From a virus: a DNA stretch of 64,000 bases. This document shows, piece by piece, positions 24,553 to 31,852 of the stretch; position 1 is the first letter of the stretch, and each line of letters opens with the position of its first letter. The DNA lies in IMG/VR virus record IMGVR_UViG_3300045988_092861, positions 14,226 through 78,225 of that record; one strand, 5' to 3'. The translations under genes and the position numbers were made by a program. The notes under the pieces were generated by a model that saw nothing but the letters and a program-made list of their open reading frames with translations, did not search any database and was not told the DNA's origin.

Positions 24553-24882
24553 ATGATAGAAATAGAATTATACAACGAATTACAGTATGCAGAAGGTTGC
24601 TTAAAGATATTGGATTCACAAATATCAGAGCTTCGCAAAAAGAAGAATGATATAATGAACGACTTTCTAAGTTTGTTACCTTTTCAGGAAGGTGACAAGG
24701 TGAAAGATAAAGATGGCAATATCTTTATCATAGAACGTCTAAAAGAAGCCATATCTCTTGGCAAGAAAGAAATTAAGGTTCGTTTTCTTATCCGAAAAAT
24801 AAAGAAAAATGGAGAACCTTATCAATACGCAAACGAAGCTTGGGGAATTGATTATTTTTCCCTTGAAAAAGTGGAAGAGTAA
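24553..24882 (+). CDS. Hypothetical protein
   Basis: 109-aa ORF with ATG start. Confidence 0.5.
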   Translation: MIEIELYNELQYAEGCLKILDSQISELRKKKNDIMNDFLSLLPFQEGDKVKDKDGNIFIIERLKEAISLGKKEIKVRFLIRKIKKNGEPYQYANEAWGIDYFSLEKVEE

Positions 24883-24894
24883 TAACCATCCCTT

Positions 24895-25614
24895 ATGGGA
24901 TATAAATATAAAGTAATTATGAAAAAGTTTATTGGTACAAAGGTCATTATGGCAGAGCCTATGACTATGACAGAAGCACAGAAAGTGCTTGGTAGAGAAC
25001 TGAAGCCAGCAACCACTGAGGAAGATGGCTACCTTGTAGAGTACAAGAACGGATATAAGTCTTGGTCTCCTAAGAGTGTGTTTGATGAGTCTTATAAGTC
25101 AGCAGAGACATTCTTGGACAGAATGAAATTGGAGTTTGAAAGTGAAGTTGATAAATTTAAAAAGGGTGATACCTTTATTCGCTCTGAGAAGTTTAACGAG
25201 CTTCCTCTTGTTGCAAGAGTTCTTCTTTATGCGCAGAACAAGACTCAGAAAATGTACTGTGCCTTGTTGGAGAACAGAATTGACGCCGCAGAGAATAATA
25301 ACCCATTGCTAAAGCTATTTGACTTCGGCACAGCCATCAAGTTCTTGGAGGCAGGTGGAGCTATCCGCCGTAGTGGTTGGTATGGAAAGGGATTGTTTGT
25401 TGTAAAGCAGGTTCCTTCTCACATTACAGGTGACATCATTCCTAAGATGCAGTCATTGCCACAGATTGCTAAGGACATCTTGATGAAGCGTGATAATCCA
25501 CACATTGATTACACAAATCAGATGTTGATTATCAATCCTGATGGCAGAGCAGACTCATGGGTTCCATCATCTTCCGATGTGTTTGCGGAAGACTGGGAAG
25601 TTGTAGTTGAGTAA
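24895..25614 (+). CDS. Two-domain protein with C-terminal DUF2829 (Tad2-like) domain
   Basis: The C-terminal FDFGTAIKFLEAGGAIRRSGWYGKG...SWVPSSSDVFAEDWEVV fits the DUF2829 pattern. The N-terminal FIGTKVIMAEPMT...GYLVEY.NGYKSWSPKSVF domain is common in phages. Confidence 0.6.
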   Translation: MGYKYKVIMKKFIGTKVIMAEPMTMTEAQKVLGRELKPATTEEDGYLVEYKNGYKSWSPKSVFDESYKSAETFLDRMKLEFESEVDKFKKGDTFIRSEKFNELPLVARVLLYAQNKTQKMYCALLENRIDAAENNNPLLKLFDFGTAIKFLEAGGAIRRSGWYGKGLFVVKQVPSHITGDIIPKMQSLPQIAKDILMKRDNPHIDYTNQMLIINPDGRADSWVPSSSDVFAEDWEVVVE

Positions 25615-25620
25615 CTAACA

Positions 25621-25646
25621 ACCCTCTCCTGCAAAAGGGAGAGGGT
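25621..25646. other. 9-bp GC-rich hairpin
   Basis: ACCCTCTCC / GGAGAGGGT with an 8-nt loop. The 3' flank on the plus strand is A-rich, so it is not a classical plus-strand terminator. Confidence 0.4.
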
Positions 25647-25660
25647 AAAAAGAAAAGAAT

Positions 25661-25837
25661 ATGGCAAAAATGAATGTAACAGAAAAGGACTTTGAAGCTT
25701 TCTTTCAAGCAACAGAATCCCTTATGGCTATGTCTGGTACTTTAGATGAAGGCTTTGATGAAGAGGCTTATGCTATAAACAGACAGTTCAAAAGTTTCAA
25801 GCGAAGATACTTAAAGGCAAAGGAGGATAAACAATGA
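25661..25837 (+). CDS. Small hypothetical protein (58 aa)
   Basis: ATG 25661. Its stop overlaps the next ATG (ATGA). Confidence 0.35.
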   Translation: MAKMNVTEKDFEAFFQATESLMAMSGTLDEGFDEEAYAINRQFKSFKRRYLKAKEDKQ

Positions 25838-25959
25838 GTAAAGAAAAAGCTATCAAATATATTAAAGCAGCCCAAACTGCTATTGATGAAGCGCCATATC
25901 CATGTACGACAAAGGCTAAGATATTGTTAGTGGTGGCACTTAAAGAGTTGGAGGATTAG
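25834..25959 (+). CDS. Small hypothetical protein (41 aa)
   Basis: AAAGGAGGATAAACAATG start context. Ends at the GGAGGATTAGTATG junction. Confidence 0.3.
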   Translation: MSKEKAIKYIKAAQTAIDEAPYPCTTKAKILLVVALKELED

Positions 25960-25960
25960 T

Positions 25961-26308
25961 ATGATACAAAAGCAGACATGGAAGGACGAAATCAGGATTT
26001 TAATAACTGATGAAGAAAATCTTGGTTCGGTTCAAATATCCATTCCGTTATATGTTAGTGATATTTTCAGCAAAGCTGATGCTCTAATATATGCACTCTT
26101 TGTTGATGATACTCATAGAAGATGTGGCGTTGCAAAACACCTATTACAACTCGCAGAGCAACAAGCTAAGTTGAATGGAGTGAAGACAATCGGATTGGAA
26201 TTTAATAAAGATGAATCTGATAGGTTTGTTCTATATTGGTATCTCCGTAGTGGTTATAAACCATTTAATAAGAAAAGTAATTTATTAATTAAAAAGTTGG
26301 AGGATTGA
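25961..26308 (+). CDS. GNAT-family N-acetyltransferase
   Basis: ALFVDDTHRRCGVAKHLLQLAEQQAK contains the acetyl-CoA motif A (R/Q-x-x-G-x-G/A). 115 aa. Confidence 0.7.
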   Translation: MIQKQTWKDEIRILITDEENLGSVQISIPLYVSDIFSKADALIYALFVDDTHRRCGVAKHLLQLAEQQAKLNGVKTIGLEFNKDESDRFVLYWYLRSGYKPFNKKSNLLIKKLED

Positions 26309-26309
26309 T

Positions 26310-26738
26310 ATGACAAAAGAAGAAGCGAAACAGCTATTGCCTATTATTCAGGCAATAGCAGAAGGGAAGGTCATTGAGTGTAGGGCCAAACTAGGCCGTC
26401 TAAAAGGTGTTGTAGACATTCCGAACAAATGGACCGAAACGAAAGAAATTTGGTGTACGAATAGTATTGAGTATCGCATCAAGCCAGAGCAAGAACCAAA
26501 GTACCGTCCATTTAAGGACGAAAAAGAGTGCTGGACTGAGATGCAAAAACATCAGCCGGTTGGGTGGGTGAAAAACAAAAGAAATGATAAAGACCCAGAA
26601 GTATTTATTCATTGTGGGGTTATAAAAGGAGATTGGATTCTTACTGATGTAGATGAAGAACCTTTTCCCTTTGATAAGATATATAATAATTACACCTTTG
26701 TCGACGGCACTCCTTTTGGAGTAAAAATAGAGGAATAG
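26310..26738 (+). CDS. Hypothetical protein
   Basis: 142-aa ORF. Confidence 0.5.
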   Translation: MTKEEAKQLLPIIQAIAEGKVIECRAKLGRLKGVVDIPNKWTETKEIWCTNSIEYRIKPEQEPKYRPFKDEKECWTEMQKHQPVGWVKNKRNDKDPEVFIHCGVIKGDWILTDVDEEPFPFDKIYNNYTFVDGTPFGVKIEE

Positions 26739-26740
26739 TT

Positions 26741-26983
26741 ATGGAAATTGATGAAAAAATAAATGAAATAATTCAACAAGCAAAAGAAGAAGGAGCTTAT
26801 ATGGAAGATCTTGACACATTTGAACAAGAGATATATGACCAAGGTTTTCGTAATGCAATATCTTTTATGCTGTGGAATCCAAGCGAGCGAAGTTGTTCTA
26901 ATTGTCAGTATCGGAGCAGTAGACAGCTATGTGGGGAAGAGTACTGCGGGCAAAAATACTGGAGTCCAAAATTGGAGGAATAG
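26741..26983 (+). CDS. Hypothetical Cys-containing protein
   Basis: 80-aa ORF with a CSNC...C..YC pattern. Confidence 0.45.
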   Translation: MEIDEKINEIIQQAKEEGAYMEDLDTFEQEIYDQGFRNAISFMLWNPSERSCSNCQYRSSRQLCGEEYCGQKYWSPKLEE

Positions 26984-26985
26984 TT

Positions 26986-27183
26986 ATGGCATGGGTAGCA
27001 GTTAACGCAGATGGTAAGGAATTTCTTTTCAGAAAGAAACCATACAGAAGTGGATATGAAGAATATGGATATTGGAATTCTACATATTCTGGTATCGGTG
27101 GTTGTATTCTTATACCTCATGGCAGCATTAAGAAGCTCATCGGAAGGGAATTGACTTGGGAGGATGAACCAATTGAACTTTAA
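26986..27183 (+). CDS. Hypothetical protein
   Basis: ATG 26986 follows a TAGTTATG junction. The track start at 26929 lies inside the upstream gene. Confidence 0.4.
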   Translation: MAWVAVNADGKEFLFRKKPYRSGYEEYGYWNSTYSGIGGCILIPHGSIKKLIGRELTWEDEPIEL

Positions 27184-27195
27184 AGAAGAATAGTT

Positions 27196-27558
27196 ATGAG
27201 AGAAATTAAATTTAAAGCAAAGCAACTCAACTCAGGAAAATGGTTTGAGGGCGATTTAGTACATCTTGGAAACAGAGTGTGTATAGGAGGAGACAATATA
27301 AAAGATGGAATAACAGATGTTGATCCTGAAACCGTCTGTCAGTTTACAGGATTGACAGATTGTAAAGGCAAAGAGATATGGGAAGGCGATATAGTGGAGC
27401 GTGAGATATGGAACAAATTATATAATGGTTTAACCAAGGTAAAAGGAGTAATCGAATATAAAGGCGCTGAATTTTTTGTTGCGATTAATAGTGAGACTTA
27501 TTCGCTATACTCTAAGGATATTAAAGTTGTTGGCAACAAATTCGATAAGGAGAAGTAG
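27196..27558 (+). CDS. YopX-family protein
   Basis: MREIKFKAK...VCQFTGLTDCKGKEIWEGDIV is a characteristic YopX pattern. Confidence 0.7.
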   Translation: MREIKFKAKQLNSGKWFEGDLVHLGNRVCIGGDNIKDGITDVDPETVCQFTGLTDCKGKEIWEGDIVEREIWNKLYNGLTKVKGVIEYKGAEFFVAINSETYSLYSKDIKVVGNKFDKEK

Positions 27559-27561
27559 CGT

Positions 27562-27792
27562 ATGAAAGAAAAGGTTTTAAATTTCTTCAAATCTGCCGTA
27601 TGGCTCGTCTTAATTTTCATTATAGGCGCAATAGGTTTTAGGGTTTCTTTCATCTTAGGAACTCCACACGAAAAAGAAGAGTTTAATATAAAAATATTCA
27701 CCAAGAAAGGGCATGAATACCTGGTTGTGAACACGAAAAACGGAGTTAGTGTTATCCATGCAGAGAGCTGCTCTTGTCATAAAAAGAAGTAG
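27562..27792 (+). CDS. Small membrane protein
   Basis: Hydrophobic segment AVWLVLIFIIGAIGF. TAGCGTATG junctions on both sides. Confidence 0.45.
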   Translation: MKEKVLNFFKSAVWLVLIFIIGAIGFRVSFILGTPHEKEEFNIKIFTKKGHEYLVVNTKNGVSVIHAESCSCHKKK

Positions 27793-27795
27793 CGT

Positions 27796-28053
27796 ATGAT
27801 AAAAATATTAGAAAAAGTATATCGAAAACTGAATGCTTTAGTTGCTAAGGTGTTTAAGAAAGAGACTTATCCTTATCCTCCTCTTACAAGAAGAGAACGA
27901 AGAAAGTTTGAACGTGACAACAAAAAAGCTAAGAAGAATATAGCGTTATGTCGTAGATGCATGAAGAACGCTCCTAATTGGTGGTGTCCAGGAGAACGTT
28001 GCTATTTCTTCCCTTATCGAAGACATGTATTATTTGGAGATAAAGAGAAATAG
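27796..28053 (+). CDS. Hypothetical basic Cys-containing protein
   Basis: 85-aa ORF with CRRC...WWCPGERC. Confidence 0.45.
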   Translation: MIKILEKVYRKLNALVAKVFKKETYPYPPLTRRERRKFERDNKKAKKNIALCRRCMKNAPNWWCPGERCYFFPYRRHVLFGDKEK

Positions 28054-28056
28054 CGT

Positions 28057-28230
28057 ATGAAGAAGATAAGTTTTAATCTCAAATATCTTGTATCCAAATA
28101 CGATTGGTGCTTTTATTTCATTCCAAGTTTAATCGTATGGAAGCCTTATAGTGGTGTTTATGAAATTAATGTAGCCTTTCTGCTTTGGGAGTTTAATATT
28201 AAATATCAATTAAAAAGAAATAAGAAATGA
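28057..28230 (+). CDS. Small hypothetical protein (57 aa)
   Basis: Begins at a TAGCGTATG junction. Its stop overlaps the next ATG (ATGA). Confidence 0.3.
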   Translation: MKKISFNLKYLVSKYDWCFYFIPSLIVWKPYSGVYEINVAFLLWEFNIKYQLKRNKK

Positions 28231-28430
28231 AGAAGGAAATATTTGACTTCTCAGAGGCTCTGAGAAGAATGAAGGAGGGAAAGAAAGTGAGAAGGGTAAT
28301 TTGGGAAGAATGTGGAGCTTATATCCATATTGTCTCTGAGACTATTGTGGCTGTATGCGATGGGCAATTCTTTCCTTGTGTTTTCAAAGATTCTGAGGAT
28401 ATACTTGCAACAGACTGGGAGGAGGTGTAA
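28227..28430 (+). CDS. DUF2829 (Tad2-like) single-domain protein
   Basis: FDFSEALRRMKEGKKVRRVIWEE...DSEDILATDWEEV fits the minimal DUF2829 pattern. 67 aa. Confidence 0.55.
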   Translation: MKKEIFDFSEALRRMKEGKKVRRVIWEECGAYIHIVSETIVAVCDGQFFPCVFKDSEDILATDWEEV

Positions 28431-28433
28431 AAG

Positions 28434-28766
28434 ATGAAGAAAAATGTATTGACCCTCACAGTCAGCAAGCAATGGTTCGACATGATTGTTGCTTGCGAAA
28501 AGACCGAGGAGTATCGGGAGATAAAACCTTATTGGATTAAACGTCTGACCACTAACTGCGAAGTAGCTTATGATGTGGCGGCAGAAACATATTGCGGAAA
28601 GGTGCTCTATCGCCCTTACACCCACGTTCTCTTCATCAACGGATACCGAAAGGATAGCCCACGTATCGAAAAGGAGATTGATAGTATCACTATCGGTAAG
28701 CCTAAGAAGGGTATGTGCCCTGACGAGTGGCTTGATACAGAGTTTTTTATTATTAAGTTTAAGTGA
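28434..28766 (+). CDS. ASCH-domain-like protein
   Basis: LTVSKQWFDMIVACEKTEEYREIK...VLFINGYRKDSP resembles phage ASCH proteins. Confidence 0.5.
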   Translation: MKKNVLTLTVSKQWFDMIVACEKTEEYREIKPYWIKRLTTNCEVAYDVAAETYCGKVLYRPYTHVLFINGYRKDSPRIEKEIDSITIGKPKKGMCPDEWLDTEFFIIKFK

Positions 28767-28767
28767 T

Positions 28768-29010
28768 ATGGTTGCAATTAAAGTATCTTCCGAGAACATC
28801 CAAGAATTATGGAAATGCCCGGACGTTTCAGAGTTAGTTAAAACTGTCAGTGGAGACTGCACAAAGCAGACGCTGATAGTTAGGTTGAGAAATCGAGAGT
28901 TCTATGTTCCATACGGATTCTATCTCGTAAAAGATGAGAATGGTCGTTGGAGCACACTCAGCCCATCGCTGTATGAGTTGATAAAAGATAAAGTTCATGG
29001 CGAGAAGTGA
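28768..29010 (+). CDS. Hypothetical protein
   Basis: ATG 28768 lies 2 nt after the upstream stop. The track start at 28570 is inside the ASCH gene. Confidence 0.45.
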   Translation: MVAIKVSSENIQELWKCPDVSELVKTVSGDCTKQTLIVRLRNREFYVPYGFYLVKDENGRWSTLSPSLYELIKDKVHGEK

Positions 29011-29185
29011 GGAGGAAATCCGAGAATACCATAGAAGGTATTATCAGGAGCATAAGGAGCATCTATTGGCAAGAATGGAAGTTTATCGTAAAGAGAATGC
29101 TGAAAGAATTACCGCAAACAGAAGATATAACAGAAAGAGAAAGAAAGCCTTGGGCGGCTTAATGAACCCAAATATAAAATTATGA
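28997..29185 (+). CDS. Hypothetical basic protein
   Basis: 62-aa ORF, R/K/E-rich. Confidence 0.4.
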   Translation: MARSEEEIREYHRRYYQEHKEHLLARMEVYRKENAERITANRRYNRKRKKALGGLMNPNIKL

Positions 29186-29481
29186 GCAGAGGAAAACATT
29201 TTAGTGCAGAAGAGATTGAGTTCATCAAGGTTAATGCTTTGGTGATGACAACAACAGAGATTGCGAAGAAGCTCAATCGTAATTATTGGGCTATACATCG
29301 AAAGATGCAGGAACTCGGAATTAGTAAGAGCCACACGTTTACAGCAAATGAGGACTTTATTATCAGACAGATGTATGGCAAGTTTCCAGCAAAGGCTATT
29401 GCGACAAAGATCGGTGTAGACGAAAATGCGATTTACAATCGTTGCAAGAAACTTAAGTTAACGAAAGGAGGTACGAAATGA
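29182..29481 (+). CDS. Putative DNA-binding protein (two HTH-like repeats)
   Basis: Repeated segments TTTEIAKKLNRNYWAIHRKMQELG and PAKAIATKIGVDENAIYNRCKKL. ATGA overlaps on both sides. Confidence 0.4.
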   Translation: MSRGKHFSAEEIEFIKVNALVMTTTEIAKKLNRNYWAIHRKMQELGISKSHTFTANEDFIIRQMYGKFPAKAIATKIGVDENAIYNRCKKLKLTKGGTK

Positions 29482-30110
29482 TAGTTATTGTGACTGCAAT
29501 GGATAAGGAATATAACCTTATCAGAGAATGGCTTGCAAAGGCGAATGTAAAAAATACAGCATTACTCAAAACAGGTGTAGGAAAGGTGAATGCCGCAAGC
29601 GGCTTAAGCGACTTTCTATCTTCTGTTACAAGTGACGTTGTTACGAGAGTTATCTCTGTAGGATGTGCCGGTGCTGCCGTTGCAGGTTTGAAACCTGGTA
29701 ATGTCATAATTGGTAATTCATACTGTTACCATGATGTATATTGTGGTGAACCGAATGCTAACGGTCAAATTCAAGGTATGCCAGCAGTCTTCCCTTCAGA
29801 TTTTGCGTGGATCGATATGGATGAACGGTTCAGATTAGGAACTATAGCAACCGGAGATAAGTTTGTTACTACAAGAGAGCAAGTGTTAGCGATTAAGGAT
29901 TTTCTTCCTAATTCGTATAACGTATGCGCCATTGATATGGAGTCTGCCGCCCTTGCTCAAGTATGCTACAAGAAAGGGATTGGTTTTACCTCCATTCGAG
30001 TTATTAGCGATAATCCTCTGGAACCAAGCCAAACCGAGCAGTATGCAGGATTTTGGGACAATTTAGCAGAAAAAGCGTTTAATGTTGTATGTAAGTTGTT
30101 AGAGAAATGA
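29478..30110 (+). CDS. mtnN: 5'-methylthioadenosine/S-adenosylhomocysteine nucleosidase (Pfs/MtnN)
   Basis: TAMDKEY (catalytic Glu position), GVGKVNAA, VGCAGA, IDMESAALAQVC and IRVISD all align with E. coli MTAN motifs from memory. Confidence 0.85.
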   Translation: MIVIVTAMDKEYNLIREWLAKANVKNTALLKTGVGKVNAASGLSDFLSSVTSDVVTRVISVGCAGAAVAGLKPGNVIIGNSYCYHDVYCGEPNANGQIQGMPAVFPSDFAWIDMDERFRLGTIATGDKFVTTREQVLAIKDFLPNSYNVCAIDMESAALAQVCYKKGIGFTSIRVISDNPLEPSQTEQYAGFWDNLAEKAFNVVCKLLEK

Positions 30111-30571
30111 TACCGAGTTTCAAAGTTGATCATACGAAACTAAAGCCAGGTCTTTATGTTTCAAGAGTAGACAAATTAGGGTTGGAAATAGTCACCACAT
30201 TTGACGTCCGTGTATGTAAGCCAAACAGAGATATGATGTCTCCAGCGATTGCTCATACTATCGAGCACTTGATGGCTGATTATATGCACAACAAGAGTTC
30301 ACTGAAAGATTATGTCTTATATTTCGGGCCTATGGGATGCTTAACTGGTTTCTATCTCATTCTTAGAGGCGTTTGGACTTCTGCGATAATAAAGGATAGT
30401 ATAGCAGTCGCCTTTAAAGAATGTTCTGTTTCAAAAGTAATTCCAGGAGCTTCAGAAAAAGAGTGTGGTAACTATAGATTAAACGATTTAAAAGGGGCCA
30501 CATTATTATGTAAAAAGTTTGCTTCATATCTTTCGAGTGTCGGAGAAGACAAACTTACTTATCCTATGTAA
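30107..30571 (+). CDS. luxS: S-ribosylhomocysteine lyase (LuxS)
   Basis: HTIEHL (HxxEH metal site), GPMGCLTGFY (catalytic Cys) and ECGNY (third metal ligand). 154 aa. ATGA overlap with mtnN. Confidence 0.9.
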   Translation: MIPSFKVDHTKLKPGLYVSRVDKLGLEIVTTFDVRVCKPNRDMMSPAIAHTIEHLMADYMHNKSSLKDYVLYFGPMGCLTGFYLILRGVWTSAIIKDSIAVAFKECSVSKVIPGASEKECGNYRLNDLKGATLLCKKFASYLSSVGEDKLTYPM

Positions 30572-30589
30572 TATTTATATGTAACTATA

Positions 30590-30658
30590 AAGTATTTAAT
30601 CATTAAGTATATTTTCTTATAATATATTTTGTGATTAAATACTTTTTATTTAATTTTG
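30590..30658 (+). promoter_or_regulatory. Family-2 operator pair plus -7 box upstream of head module
   Basis: Inverted 13-mers AAGTATTTAATCA (30590-30602) and TGATTAAATACTT (30633-30645). -7 TAATTTTG at 30651-30658 followed by CGGC. Confidence 0.5.
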
Positions 30659-30730
30659 CGGCATTACTTACTATCGCTTCGTACTGGGATATTTTCTTGA
30701 ATTTATTGTTCAATTAAATATTTAGTTAGA

Positions 30731-31429
30731 ATGAAAAAAAGAACGAAGCAAGTTTTAGTTATTCTGAAACCCAAATCAAAGGCGTTGGGGTTCAGTAGAG
30801 AGGAGTTAGAGGGTATTGCTGCCGATGTTGCCAATAACTTAGAACTCGATGAAGAAGCCTCAGACGAGGATGTAAACGCAGAGATTGAAAAGCAGGTCAA
30901 TGCGGTTCTTCCTTATCTTAAAATTGCGCAAAAGACAGCGCAGCGTACTATCCAGAGTTTCAAGGATAGTAAAGACTTGGATGACGACGAGGTCGATGAT
31001 CCTGACGATGACCCTGCCGGCAACAAGAAACCAATCCGCAAACAGAAGAAAGAAAAAGAGGAAGAGCAGGTTCCAGCATGGGCACAGGCACTCATTACTC
31101 AGAACAAAGCCTTGCAGACCGAAATTCTCGGTTTGAAGTCAGAGCGTGAGAGTGATGGCCGCCGTTCTAAGCTGAAGGCACTCCTTAAGGACAAAGGTAC
31201 GTTCGGAAAGACCGTCTTGAAGAATTTCGACAAGATGAAGTTTGAGAACGAATCTGAGTTCGACGATTTCTATGATGGTGTTGTGGAGGACTTGGCAGCT
31301 ATCGATCAAGAGCGCGCTAACGAAGGTCTCGGAAAACTTGGTGCTCCTGCGGCTCAGAGAAAGCCTAAGGAAGAAGAGGTTGAGGTTATCAAGGAAAATG
31401 AGATTGATGAGCTTGCCGAAACTATGTAA
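30731..31429 (+). CDS. Scaffolding protein (putative)
   Basis: 232 aa, acidic, coiled-coil-rich, and the first gene of the head operon upstream of the capsid gene. Confidence 0.5.
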   Translation: MKKRTKQVLVILKPKSKALGFSREELEGIAADVANNLELDEEASDEDVNAEIEKQVNAVLPYLKIAQKTAQRTIQSFKDSKDLDDDEVDDPDDDPAGNKKPIRKQKKEKEEEQVPAWAQALITQNKALQTEILGLKSERESDGRRSKLKALLKDKGTFGKTVLKNFDKMKFENESEFDDFYDGVVEDLAAIDQERANEGLGKLGAPAAQRKPKEEEVEVIKENEIDELAETM

Positions 31430-31448
31430 TCTTTAAATCCTAAAAGTT

Positions 31449-31841
31449 ATGTATGGTGTAAGCAAAACAAAAACGTTTGATTCAGGCAAAGAGTCTGTAA
31501 TCATCAGAAATTATGTGAATGGCATCATGGGTGGTGTCATTCTCGACATGACAGGGTTTACTGGAGAGTTTATCCAGTGCGGACACATTATCATTCGTGA
31601 TACCAAGTCTGGCGAATACAAGCCAATGCCGGTAACAGGTGATGCCTATGCGGCTCTTCCTGAAAACCACGAGTATATTGGTGTCTGCATGACAACTGCT
31701 CCTGTAGATACCCCTCATGTAGGTGTTATGACGGCAGGTGAGGCTAATGATAAGGCTGTCCCTTATCCTGTCGATACGATCAAGGCAGCTTTGAAAACAG
31801 CCGTTCCTACTCTTCAGTGGGGACACGATGCAATCGGTTAA
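31449..31841 (+). CDS. Head decoration protein (lambda gpD-like, tentative)
   Basis: 130 aa. ...YIGVCMTTAPVDTPHVGVMTAGEANDKAVPYP resembles gpD-like decoration proteins. It lies directly upstream of the capsid gene. Confidence 0.4.
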   Translation: MYGVSKTKTFDSGKESVIIRNYVNGIMGGVILDMTGFTGEFIQCGHIIIRDTKSGEYKPMPVTGDAYAALPENHEYIGVCMTTAPVDTPHVGVMTAGEANDKAVPYPVDTIKAALKTAVPTLQWGHDAIG

Positions 31842-31852
31842 GGAGGTGATTT

